DNA from: Octopus sinensis
Lineage: Eukaryota
Direction of reading: 5' to 3'
DNA length: 64,000 nucleotides
Assembly: GCF_006345805.1 (NCBI RefSeq)
Contig: NC_043011.1
Location: 51,038,464 to 51,102,463, forward strand
Made by a program: the position numbers and the translations under genes. The notes under the pieces were generated by a model. That model was not told where the DNA came from, ran no database searches, and was given only the letters and a program-made list of their open reading frames with translations. Each line of letters begins with the position of its first letter. Within the stretch, counting starts at the first letter, position 1. Below, piece by piece: positions 54,058-64,000 of this stretch.

Positions 54058-54715
54058 ATATATATATATATATATATATATGCATATGTGGGTATAGAAC
54101 ATCAACAACTGTATAAACAACATGAAATACAAAAACAAACAAGTTATATGCAAACAACGAGAGAAAAAAGTGGAAAACAGGACAGGTAAAGACAGAGAAC
54201 GAACCTTCATCTGCTGTCAGCTGTCTACTCTTTCACTGTTTTCTATCTGTCTCTCTTTCTCCCTCATTCTCTTTTTTTCTCTCTCTCTTATTACTCGCAT
54301 GTGATCATCGTCCATCTTTCTTTTCTTGCACAGATGTTCAATGGACTGGATGTTTTCTTTTTCTCTCTTCTATCTCTTCTCTTTTCAAAGAAAATATTTC
54401 TCCCAGCGTCCACTATTTTCCTTTTGTTCTGGTCTAATGACCCTCCATATTTTCATTCGGTTTCCTTAAATGTCTCCACTGTCCTGTTTTTGTTCCCAAC
54501 TTTGACCCTCCATAAATCTTAAAGACTCATATTGTCAATGAATGCTCGAAATGAGGAGTAGATAGACAGCTGACAACTGATGAAGGGTCATTCTCTGTGT
54601 TTACTTCTCCTGTTTTCCATTTTTTCTCTTGTTGTTTGCGTACTTAACTCGTTTGTTTTCGTATTTCATGTTGTTTACACAGTTGGTGATATCTCGTACC
54701 CATATAGGCATATAT
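53170..54715. mobile_element. Cluster of Penelope-like terminal fragments, including an inverted pair
   Basis: 53375-53815 is mirrored in reverse complement by 54300-54700, and a third partial copy lies at 54080-54245. A different PLE-like tail lies at 53170-53325. Confidence 0.55.
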
Positions 54716-55908
54716 CACGTGACCGACCAGACCATCAGATGTTGTTACACATCGCTGGTCACAATGCGTTCACATTGTTTTAGCCTTCGAATGACGCCAC
54801 CTCGCTGGCTAAGTGAGCAGGCCAACAGAAGAAAGAGTGGTGAAAGAGTATAGCAGGGATCACCACCCCCTGCCGGAGCCTCGTGGAGCTTTTTTAGGTG
54901 TTTTCGCTTAATAAACACTCACAACGCCCGGTCTGGGAATCGAAACCGCGATCCTGCGACCGCGAGTCTGCTGCCCTAACCACTGGGCCATTGCGCCTCC
55001 ACATATGCATATATATATACACATATATATACATATAAATACATATATATATCATTTATATTATATTTATTTAATTGAACACTATGCATCCATTTCCAAG
55101 TCAGCTTATATATATATAACGGGAACTTTATGAAAATAAACAAAAGACGAAGGCAGGTGGAATATAAACAAACAATTGTATTAGTATGGCGCTCAGGAAT
55201 ATAAATAAAACAAGTCTTTTACGTTTCGAGCCTAATATATATAAAGTAATAACACAAATGGGTTGAAGCTCAAAACAGCTGTTTTAGATGTATTTTTATT
55301 GATGAACAAATCAATTACATTATGAAAAAGAAAATGTTTTCCTCAGGTTAATAAAGATTTAAATCTGAATTTTAACATTTAAGACTTGGCTCATAACAAA
55401 CATATTTTGGCTCCCTCATCTTGGTGATGACCAGAGAGTGAATATATAAAGCATAGCTAGACCTTATATTAATATACCTTGATTTAGTTGGATCCTGCAA
55501 ATAATTAATAATAACACACACACACACACATCCTTAAGTTTATAGGGTATGATTTGTGGGAGATTTAGTTGCTGTTTATAGCAGGTCAAATAGTAAGGTT
55601 TCCTCATTGTATCGTGATCATTTGTGTAAATGTGAGCAGTTGTATATATATGTATGTTTGCATGCATGTTTGAATGTATGTATGTTTGTTTGGGATTTGG
55701 TATGTATATATGTTTGTAAGTACAGGGGGTTTGCACTAGCATAGCTAGGTAGGGGCTGTCCGCCCCGGGCAGCACTTTTAAAGGGGCATCACTTTTAGGT
55801 CTGATGTAGGCAATATGTGTTTTTAGTGGGGTCCAGGGATAGCAAATGAAAGGGCTGCCTCGAGATGACATTTTACTCAAATTAGCTGTCGTTGGCTTCC
55901 ACCAAGAG

Positions 55909-55941
<33 letters not shown>

Positions 55942-56640
55942 AGGGAGAGAGAGGGAGAGGGAGAGAGAGAGAGAGAGAGAGATGGCGACGGGTGAAGAAG
56001 AATCGACTCTAGTCCTGGATTAGTATTTAATTGACTCAAAATGGATGAATGGCTAAGTTGACCATAGCAGGATCTGAAAACTGAAGCTGGACTATATAGA
56101 GAGTTGCGATGGTACCACCAGGCATTCCATCCAATGCTTAATGACTTTGCTAATTTGCTGCTTGTGTGTGTGTGTGTGTGTGTGTGTTGTCAGTGTTGTG
56201 TGTGTGTACTATGTGCATATCTATATTGTAGTATACATAGTTGTATGTATATGTGTGTAAATACACACACACACACACACAAACGTAGGTATGTATGTAT
56301 GAAGGTGCATGGCTCAGTGGTTAGAATGTCAGGCTTACAATCGTGAGGGTATGAGTTTGATTTCTGGACTGGGCAGTGTGTTGGGTTCTTGAGTAAGACA
56401 TTTCATTTCATGTCGCTCCAGTTGTGATGTCCCTGGTGCCAAGCTGTATTAGCTTTTGCCTTTCTCTTGGACAACATTGGTGGCATGGAGAAGGAAGACT
56501 GGTATGCATGGGTGACTGCTGGTCTTCCAGAAACAACCTTGCCTGGACCTGTGCTTCTGAGGGGAGCTTTCTAGATACAATCCCATGATCATTCATGACC
56601 AAAGGGGAACTTTACTCCCTTATATTTATGTATATTTTAC

Positions 56641-56672
<32 letters not shown>

Positions 56673-56675
<3 letters not shown>

Positions 56676-57290
56676 GGATTCCTCGACTTGCGCGAGTAAT
56701 TGGGGGACGCGCAATTCGAAATTCGTGCAAGTCGAGTACCAGATATTGTTTTCTATAAATATTTTCTGGGATAACTGCTAAATATTGTTATATTGAAGAA
56801 ACACTTGGAGAAAGTATTGAATGAACTTTCTTTCCATTTGAAACTAAAAAACTTTTATTGGTGACTGCTTTGTATGAATACAAATTACAAAAAATAATAC
56901 AAATTGTTTAATGATTATAAACAGAAAATAGAAAAAAACATAGCAAATAAATTTACTTATTCAGTTGATCAAACATTTTTTTATAACAAGAAAAATCATG
57001 TTCCATATTTCTTTGCATTTGCATACATCGGTTAGTGTTCTCGTCAAAGTTCATTATTTGGACTTTTAAGCTTTCAATGGTTTAACTTTAACTAACATGT
57101 TATCAATTACTTAAACACAATTATTTTTACTTTATGTATATTTGAAATGATGGATAGATAACAAGATAACAGACAAGGCAATGCAGCCATGGATAATAAA
57201 TATTTTTACAACAAGCGCAAGTCGAGAATACAACTCGCGCAACCTGAACACTCGGTATCAAATGTTGAACTCGCGCAAGTCGGGGAATCC

Positions 57291-57293
<3 letters not shown>
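56673..57293. mobile_element. Tigger/pogo-type MITE
   Basis: 25-bp TIRs CAGGGATTCC(T/C)CGACTTGCGCGAGT with one mismatch, flanked by TA in (TA)n. Confidence 0.9.
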
Positions 57294-57323
<30 letters not shown>

Positions 57324-57326
<3 letters not shown>

Positions 57327-57453
57327 GGTGTCCCCCAAAAATGTATACACATAGTGGTTCGGCAAAAGAGAACGATAGAATAAGTGGTAGGCTTACAAAG
57401 AATAACAAATTTACAATTATTAAGGTGTGTATACATTTTTTTGGGACACCCTG
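57324..57453. mobile_element. Tc1/mariner-type MITE (130 bp)
   Basis: TIRs CAGGGTGTCCC(CC/AA)AAAAATGTATACAC, TA-flanked. Confidence 0.85.
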
Positions 57454-57571
57454 TATATATATATATATATCAAAAATAAGGGTGAAAAATTGGATATTAA
57501 TTTAATAATACCATCAATTTAACACCAAGTGGCTTAGCGCATAAAAACCAGGGATACAATAAAAATATATT

Positions 57572-57619
<48 letters not shown>

Positions 57620-57821
57620 ATATTATATATATATATATATTTATATATGTATCTGCATACATGTGTATGTGTGTATGTTTTTCTTCACAATTTATCTAAG
57701 TTTCTTTTTTGCAGAATTGAAGCCAGTCACTAAGAAAAAAGACAAATCATACTCAGCTTCTCTCTCGTAATGTCTTCCTGTCTATTATAATGTTCCCCTT
57801 TGTTTCTTTATTGTATTTTAG

Positions 57822-57890
57822 GCAACCTCTAAACTCCTTGTAAACTACCCTGAAAAACAAAGGAATGAAATACTTGATTATTTATTCAAG
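57822..57890 (+). CDS. GALC: GALC coding exon 2 (69 nt)
   Basis: ttgtattttag|GCA...AAG|gtaagt; [23 protein letters not shown], cf. vertebrate [23 protein letters not shown]; phase 0-0. Confidence 0.96.
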
Positions 57891-58994
57891 GTAAGTTTCA
57901 TTGTTTGTTGTTGTTGTTACTGCAAAAAGAAATTGGGACTCAAACATTATATTCCGAGTTCAAACCCTGCCAAGCTCTGCTTTGGCATTCATCTCTTTGG
58001 GGTTGATAAAATAAAACCAGTCAACTACTGGGGTTGATGATATCAGCTCACTACCCCCACCCCTAAAACTACTGGCCTTGTGCCAAAATTTGAAACCATT
58101 ATTATTATTATTATTCACCTGTCTTTACCTTCTGAGTTCAAATTCTGCCAAGGTCAATGAATTAAGTACCAGTTAAATACTGGGGTTGACATAATTGACT
58201 TAACCCCTCCCCCAAAATTTCAGACCTTGTGCTTTAATAGAAAGGATTATTATTATTATTATTATATTATTATTGTTAGGAAGGCGGTGAGCTGGAAGAA
58301 TCATTAGCACACTGGATGACCTGGTTTTCCACTGAGACTATAGTGGAAGACACACCCATGATGTCACTCAGTGGGACTTGACCCAAAACCACATAGTTGG
58401 GAAGCAAGCTTCTTAGCATACAGCCATGGCCATGTCTGCTTCTCCATGTTGGCATGGATTGGGATGAGTTTTCTGTGAGTGTTTTACAGCTGGATGCTCT
58501 TCCTGTTGCTAACCCTTTTATTTGTCTCTTGTGACACAGATGTATGGTGTACCTGTTTTTCAAGAAACACATGGAAATCTTTACTTATTTCAGTTAGTCA
58601 TTGGACTGTGGCCATTCTGTGGCATCACCTTCAAAGGATTTAGTGAAACAAATCAACACGAGTAATTATTTTTTCATCTTTGAAGTCTAGCACTTATTCT
58701 ATCAGTTTCATTTGCTGAACTGCTAAGATATGGGGATGTTAACAAACCAGCACCAGTTGTCAAGTGGTGGTTGAGCCATATGTTGAGAGGGATTCTATGG
58801 GGTTTGTATAAATAATGTAACAAAAGCAAAGTTTGAAGGAAATATTAGCCCTTTTTCATACTTTCTAGAGGTAAGCAAATAGGAAATAACAGTTGCTAAC
58901 GAAGGACAAAAATCATGTTACACAGTGTAATTGCTATCTGATTAAATATTCTAATGAAACTTTTTTTCTCTTTCCTATTTTTTTTTAACCTCAG

Positions 58995-59058
58995 CCAGGA
59001 TTTGGAGCTTCATTGCAGATTCTGAAAGTAGAAATTGGTGGAGATGCTCAAAGTACAG
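58995..59058 (+). CDS. GALC: GALC coding exon 3 (64 nt)
   Basis: ttttttaacctcag|CCA...ACAG|gtgagt; PGFGASLQILKVEIGGDAQST, matching the GALC LKVEIGGD motif; phase 0-1. Confidence 0.97.
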
Positions 59059-59749
59059 GTGAGTTAATATCATAGATGAGTGGATATCTCCAGCCGCCTA
59101 ACCTTGTCTTAGATTAAACAACAAACAACTAAACCCTCAGACTCACAGCTAATAATAGGACTCACAATCTTCACCACATGGTGAAAACAGCTTCCCAAAG
59201 ACTGGGTTCCTCACTATATAAAGGCCACAAAATACTTCAGCTCTCAACAGTTGTTGAGAGAGTTATTGAGACAGAATTGTAAGTCCTCGGGCAAGTAATA
59301 CACTGGGCCCTTACATTTATTTACAAACAGCAAGTCACAGCGCATATATAGTTTAGCCTTGGGTCCTTAAACCTGTGAAAATGGATGTTAATTGATGATG
59401 ATAATATATGTGTATATATGTACACAAATCCACACAAACACATACATATACACATGAATGAATGTACATGTCCATCCTTATGGCTGAAAGTTGGGGACCT
59501 CAGACACAAAAATTCCCTCCTTGCTATACCTGGCAGTCTTGAGATATAGCTATACACTCTGCCAGTATCCACCCCATTGAACCCTGCCTGTCATTGTTCC
59601 ACCTTCATTTTTGTTGTCCATCTGGTGTACATAGATACATATTTCACCAGTAAGTGGAGGGCCTGTGATGGTCATGATTACATTACAGAGTCCCTCCGCT
59701 ACACTAATCTATAAAAACAGAAAAAGGAAAGACATCCATATTGTTAAGG

Positions 59750-60062
59750 AACTAAAAGCATCATCCGAACGTGGCCGATGCCAGCACCGCCTCGACTGGC
59801 TTTTGTGCCAGTGGCACATAAAAAGCACCAACCGATCGTGGCTGATGCCAGACCCCTCTGGCACCTGTGCAGGTGGCACGTAAAAAGCACCCACTACACT
59901 CATGGAGTGGTTGGCGTTAGGAAGGGCATCCGGCTGTAGAAACAATGCCAGATCAGACTGGAGCCTGGTGCAGCCACTGGCTTCCCAGACCCCGGTCGAA
60001 CCGTCCAACACGTGCTAGCGCGGAAAATGGACGTTAAACGATGATGATGATGATGATGATGA
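59750..60062 (+). mobile_element. RTE-X-type 3' UTR element with (GAT)n tail
   Basis: gtggcacgtaaaaagcacc...ggacgttaaacgatgatgatgat. Minus-strand copies at 3725-4190, 11465-11630 and 16775-17200, the last with an internal ~60-bp tandem x3. Confidence 0.85.
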
Positions 60063-60096
60063 TAGAATCAATTGCTATAACCGTTTCCTGTTTCAG

Positions 60097-60185
60097 ATGG
60101 TAGTGAGGCATCCCATATGCACAACAGTTGGGAAGAGAACTATTTCCGAGGTTATGAATGGTGGTTACTTAAAGAAGCAAAAAAG
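60097..60185 (+). CDS. GALC: GALC coding exon 4 (89 nt)
   Basis: ttcctgtttcag|AT...AAG|gtaaga; (D)[29 protein letters not shown], matching the [15 protein letters not shown] motif; phase 1-0. Confidence 0.97.
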
Positions 60186-60304
60186 GTAAGAACTTGAAAT
60201 CTGCTGGAAATTAGGATCTCATTTCATGACCACCTATGACTGCATTCTTCTTTTCCTTTTCTTTCTCTCTCTCCGTGCTCTCTTTCTTTCTCTCACATTG
60301 ATCA

Positions 60305-60718
60305 TTTACTCTTTTACTCTTTTACTTGTTTCAGTCATTTGACTGCGGCCGTGCTGGAGCACCGCCTTTAGTCGAGCAAATCGACCCTGGGACTTATTCT
60401 TTGTAAGCCCAGTACTTATTTTATCGGTCTCTTTTGCCGAACCGCTAAGTGACGGGGACGTAAACACACCAGCATCGGTTGTCAAGCAATGCTAGGGGGA
60501 CAAACACAGACACACTAACATATACACACACACTTATATATATATATACATATATACGATAGGCTTCTTTCAGTTTCCGTCTACCAAATCCACTCACAAG
60601 GCATTGGTCGGCCCGGGGCTATAGCAGAAGACACTTGCCCAAGGTGCCACTCAGTGGGACTGAACCCGGAACCATGTGTTTGGTTAGCAAGCTACTTACA
60701 ACACAACCACTCCTGCGC
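60305..60718 (-). mobile_element. SINE family A in GALC intron 4
   Basis: Full length. Further full or partial copies at about 2881, 3090, 4995, 6985, 9357, 11975, 21685, 22141, 22762, 30325, 34865, 37720, 46260 and 58580. Confidence 0.92.
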
Positions 60719-60981
60719 CATTTGTTCATTTTTTTCTTACTTTCTTTCTCTCTCTTTCACATTCATACCTCTTTTTCCTTCCCTCATTCCTTCTTTTACA
60801 TCTTTCTCTTTTTCCATTTTGTCTGTGTCTATCTGTGTAACCAACAGAGACTTCCATCATTTTTGTCTGTTGCTAGGGAACCTGGTATTACTCAAGCAAT
60901 ACAGCACAGCATGCCTAATCCTGGAATTGAACTCTCGGCATTATGATTATGAGCCGAACACGCTAATAACTAGGCCATGTG

Positions 60982-61029
<48 letters not shown>

Positions 61030-61075
61030 CACACACACAACATGCACACACACAACATGCACACATAACCAGGCA

Positions 61076-61298
61076 TTAACTCTTTAGCATTTAGATTATT
61101 CTGTTAAATATAATACTTATTTAGATTTTTTAAAATTAATGATGTATTATTTCATAACCTTGAGATTTCAATGATGTAATTATTTATTTTAGAATGACAT
61201 TGTGGGGTAGGTGTGAAAAGCTGGATCTGGCTGGTTTGAAAATAAAACAAGTAGAATATTTGGGTCAGATATGGCTAGTTTAAATGCTAAAGGTTTAA
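61076..61298. mobile_element. piggyBac-type MITE, family 2
   Basis: TTAA|CTCTTTAGCATTTA...TAAATGCTAAAGGT|TTAA. Related copies at about 2430-2656, 40540-40650, 41050-41170 and 44350-44562. Confidence 0.8.
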
Positions 61299-62126
61299 AG
61301 CTTGGTGCAGTCCTCTGGATTGTTGACTCCCGTCAAACTATGTCAAACTATGTCAACTATGTCAAGCAGGGAAAACGCTGCTGCTGCTGTTGATAATGAT
61401 CATGATATTCTTTTCTACTCTAGCGGATATTCTTTTCTACTTTATGGGGAGGGGGCCAGCTGATTTGATCGACTCCAGTACACAACTGGTACTTAATTTA
61501 TCGACCCTGAAAGGATGAAAGGCAAAGTCGATCTCAGCAGAATTTGTAAATATTTATTTCTTTATTGCCCTCAAGGGACTAAACATAGAGGGGACAAACA
61601 AGGACAGACAAAGGGATTAAGTCAATTACGTTGACCCCAGTGCATAACTGGTACTTGTTTAATTGACCTGGAAGGATGAAAGGCAAAGTCGACCTCAGCA
61701 GAATTTGTAAATATTTATTTCTTTATTGCCCACAAGGGGCTAAACATAGAGGGGACAAACAAGGACAGACAAAGGGATTAAGTCAATTATGTTGACCCCA
61801 GTGCATAACTGGTACTTATTTAATTGACCTGAAAGGATGAAAGGGAAAGTTGACCCTGGCAGAATTTGAACTCAGAATGGAGCAGCAGATAAAATACCGC
61901 TAAGCATTTTGCCCAGCGTGCTAGGGATTCTGCCAGCTTGCCACCTCAGTAATGATAATGATATTGTGTCACTTGCTATTGTTTAATATTCACTGTTTAT
62001 ATGCTGTTACTTTCTACACTGTGAGTAAGACGGTGAGCTGGCAGAATGGTTACCACACTGGGCAACATCCTTTTGGGGTTGACAAAATAAGTACCAATTG
62101 AACATTGGGTTTGATATAATCAATTT

Positions 62127-62410
62127 GGAGGCGCAATGGCCCAGTGCTTAGGGCAGCAGACTCGCGGTCATAGGATCGCGGTTTCAATTCCCAGACCGGG
62201 CGTTGTGTGTGTTTATTGAGCGAAAACACCTAAAAACTCTACGAGGCTCCAGCAGGGGGTGGTGATCCCTGCTGTACTCTTTCACCACTCTTTCTTCTGT
62301 TGGCCTGCTCGCTTAGCCAGCGGGGTGGCGTCATTCGAAGGCTAAAACAATGCGAACGCATTGTGACCAGTGATGTGTAACTACATCTGATGGACTGGTC
62401 GGTCACATGA
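62127..62410 (+). mobile_element. SINE family B, tail type 1
   Basis: Head and core, then tail ending catctgatggactggtcggtcacatga. Further copies at 54715-55000 (-), 36340-36630 (-) and 17248-17410 (+, core deleted). Confidence 0.9.
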
Positions 62411-62494
62411 CGTGACGTGATAATCAATTTACCCTCCTCCTCGAAATTGCTAGCCTTGTACCAAAATTTGAAATCATTACTAACATTGAAAGTA

Positions 62495-62845
62495 ATGTGA
62501 AGGCACATGGCTCAGTAGTTAGAGCATCAGGCTCACAATCACGAGGTAGTGAGTTCGATTCCCTGATTGGTGTGTTTGTTGTGTTCTTGAACAAGACACT
62601 TTATTTCACGTTGCTCCAGTTCACTCACTCATCTGTAGAAATGAGCTTCAATGTTACTGGAGCCAAGCTGTATCAGCCTTTGCTTTTCCCTTGGGCAACA
62701 TCAGTGGTGTGAAAACAGGAGACTGGTATGAATGGGTGACTGCTGGTCTTCCATAAACAACCTTGCTTGGACTTGTGCCTCAGAGTGGAACTTTTCAGGT
62801 GCAATCCCATGGTCATTCATGACTGAAGGGGGTCTTTACCCTTTT
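62495..62845 (+). mobile_element. SINE family D
   Basis: gtgaaggcacatggctcagtagttagagc head; tail cccatggtcattcatgactgaagggggtctttacc. Copies at 56300-56620 (+) and 9798-9955 (-, deleted). Confidence 0.8.
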
Positions 62846-62986
62846 AGCTCCATGAAAAAACTGTTTATTTTGGATATGAAATTATGATATACAATGTCTC
62901 TCCCTTAAGATTTCTCAGACAAAATCAATCATTTACCAAACATGGTAATCTCTTTCTAATATAATTATTCTTTGATTATCTTTCAG

Positions 62987-63151
62987 AGAAACCCTTCAAT
63001 AAAACTCTATTGTCTACCTTGGGGTTTCCCTCATTGGATTGGCAATGGAACTTTGAGCCCTTATAAGACTCCCTTGGTGACAGCAACTTATGTGACCAAA
63101 TGGATTCTTGGTGCCAAGACCCATCACAATTTGACCATGGACTATGTTGGG
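62987..63151 (+). CDS. GALC: GALC coding exon 5 (165 nt); gene continues beyond the window
   Basis: ttatctttcag|AGA...GGG|gtgagt; [55 protein letters not shown], cf. RNPNITLIGLPWSFPGWLG...HDLDIDYIG. Stops just before the expected IWNE acid/base motif. NGT and NLT sequons are present. Confidence 0.96.
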
Positions 63152-63159
63152 GTGAGTAT

Positions 63160-63321
63160 TATTATTGGTTGCTATTTCTTGTTGTTGCTATTTCTTGTTG
63201 TTGCTATTTCTTGTTGTTGCTATTTCTTGTTGTTGCTACTACTATTGCTGTTGCTGCTGCTGTTGTCACCGCCGCTGCCACTGCCGCAGCCGCCACCGCC
63301 GCCGCCACTGCCACCACCACC

Positions 63322-63353
<32 letters not shown>

Positions 63354-63890
63354 CACCACCACCACCAACACCACAACCATCACCACCACCACCACCATCA
63401 ACATGTTCTGGCATGTCATCATTGCCTCATTATTGTTCTTTTCCTTCTCTTCCTGCAGCATCATGTTTATCATCATCACCATTAATGGTATTATTGTAGT
63501 CATCATCATAATCATAATCATTGTTGTCTTGGCCAGCTTCATTTGGATCTATCATCATCATCATCATCATCATCATTGCCCTCCTCCTCCCTCTCCATCA
63601 TACTCATCATCATCATGAACACCATCATATTTATCATCCTTATAATTTTTGTCCTTCCCACTAACTTGTTTCACATCACCATCATCTTCATCATCATTGT
63701 CATTGTCTTCCTCTTCCTCTCCTGCTCCCCATATCCCCATCCCCACATCTCCCCATCACCCCTCCTTGCCCTTTTCTTCCCTCTTTGTCTTCCCACTCTT
63801 CCTTCCCTTCACTTCCTCCTTTTTTCTCTTCTCCTCCTCCCCTCTCTCCTTTCTCTCTTCCAACCAATCATCATTATCATCATGACTTGG
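63160..63890. repeat. Compound low-complexity tract in GALC intron 5
   Basis: 16-bp tgctatttcttgttgt x4, then (GCC)n, (CCA)n, (ACA)n, (CAT)n and a pyrimidine tract. Confidence 0.9.
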
Positions 63891-64000
63891 CAAAATAGAC
63901 TCTGTACTTCTTCGCTGAAGTTCACTGAATTTTGATGGCAACTTTGAAAATGTCTGAAATTGCTGTATGGTCAATATCTGTGCCATATTGCTGAGGACTT

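Noticed and set aside
4525-60946. Recurrent ORFs such as MSSNAR..., RRHLPKVPRSGTEPGTMWL and CHAVGLNPEPCGW
   Set aside because: They are translations of SINE family A copies.
63152-63986. Poly-Pro/His/Leu ORFs, including the extension of ORF 62972-63499
   Set aside because: This is low-complexity intron sequence after the GALC exon 5 donor at 63152.

Overview
AT-rich, repeat-dense eukaryotic genomic DNA. The SINE families and (TA)n/(CA)n density point to an octopus (inference). The one confidently identified gene is the 5' part of a galactocerebrosidase (GALC, GH59) on the + strand. It has five coding exons at 48675-48842, 57822-57890, 58995-59058, 60097-60185 and 62987-63151, all GT-AG and phase-compatible, and continues past the window. 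The rest is mostly mobile DNA: at least four tRNA-derived SINE families, RTE, RTE-X and CR1 LINE fragments, Penelope-like remnants (a GIY-YIG relic and degenerate hammerhead-like tails), non-autonomous Helitrons including a 2.65 kb head-to-tail concatemer, Tigger/mariner/piggyBac/Harbinger-type MITEs, a possible solo LTR and two minisatellites. Structures worth follow-up are a SINE fold-back duplication, a near-perfect 275 bp palindrome, an A-B-A-X-B duplication, SINE tail swapping, and a chain of candidate minus-strand exons, possibly driven from an RFX X-box inside GALC intron 1. Nearly all ORF-track entries are spurious repeat translations. Repeat boundaries are approximate unless TSDs or TIRs are quoted. 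I found no convincing wholly new biological system.
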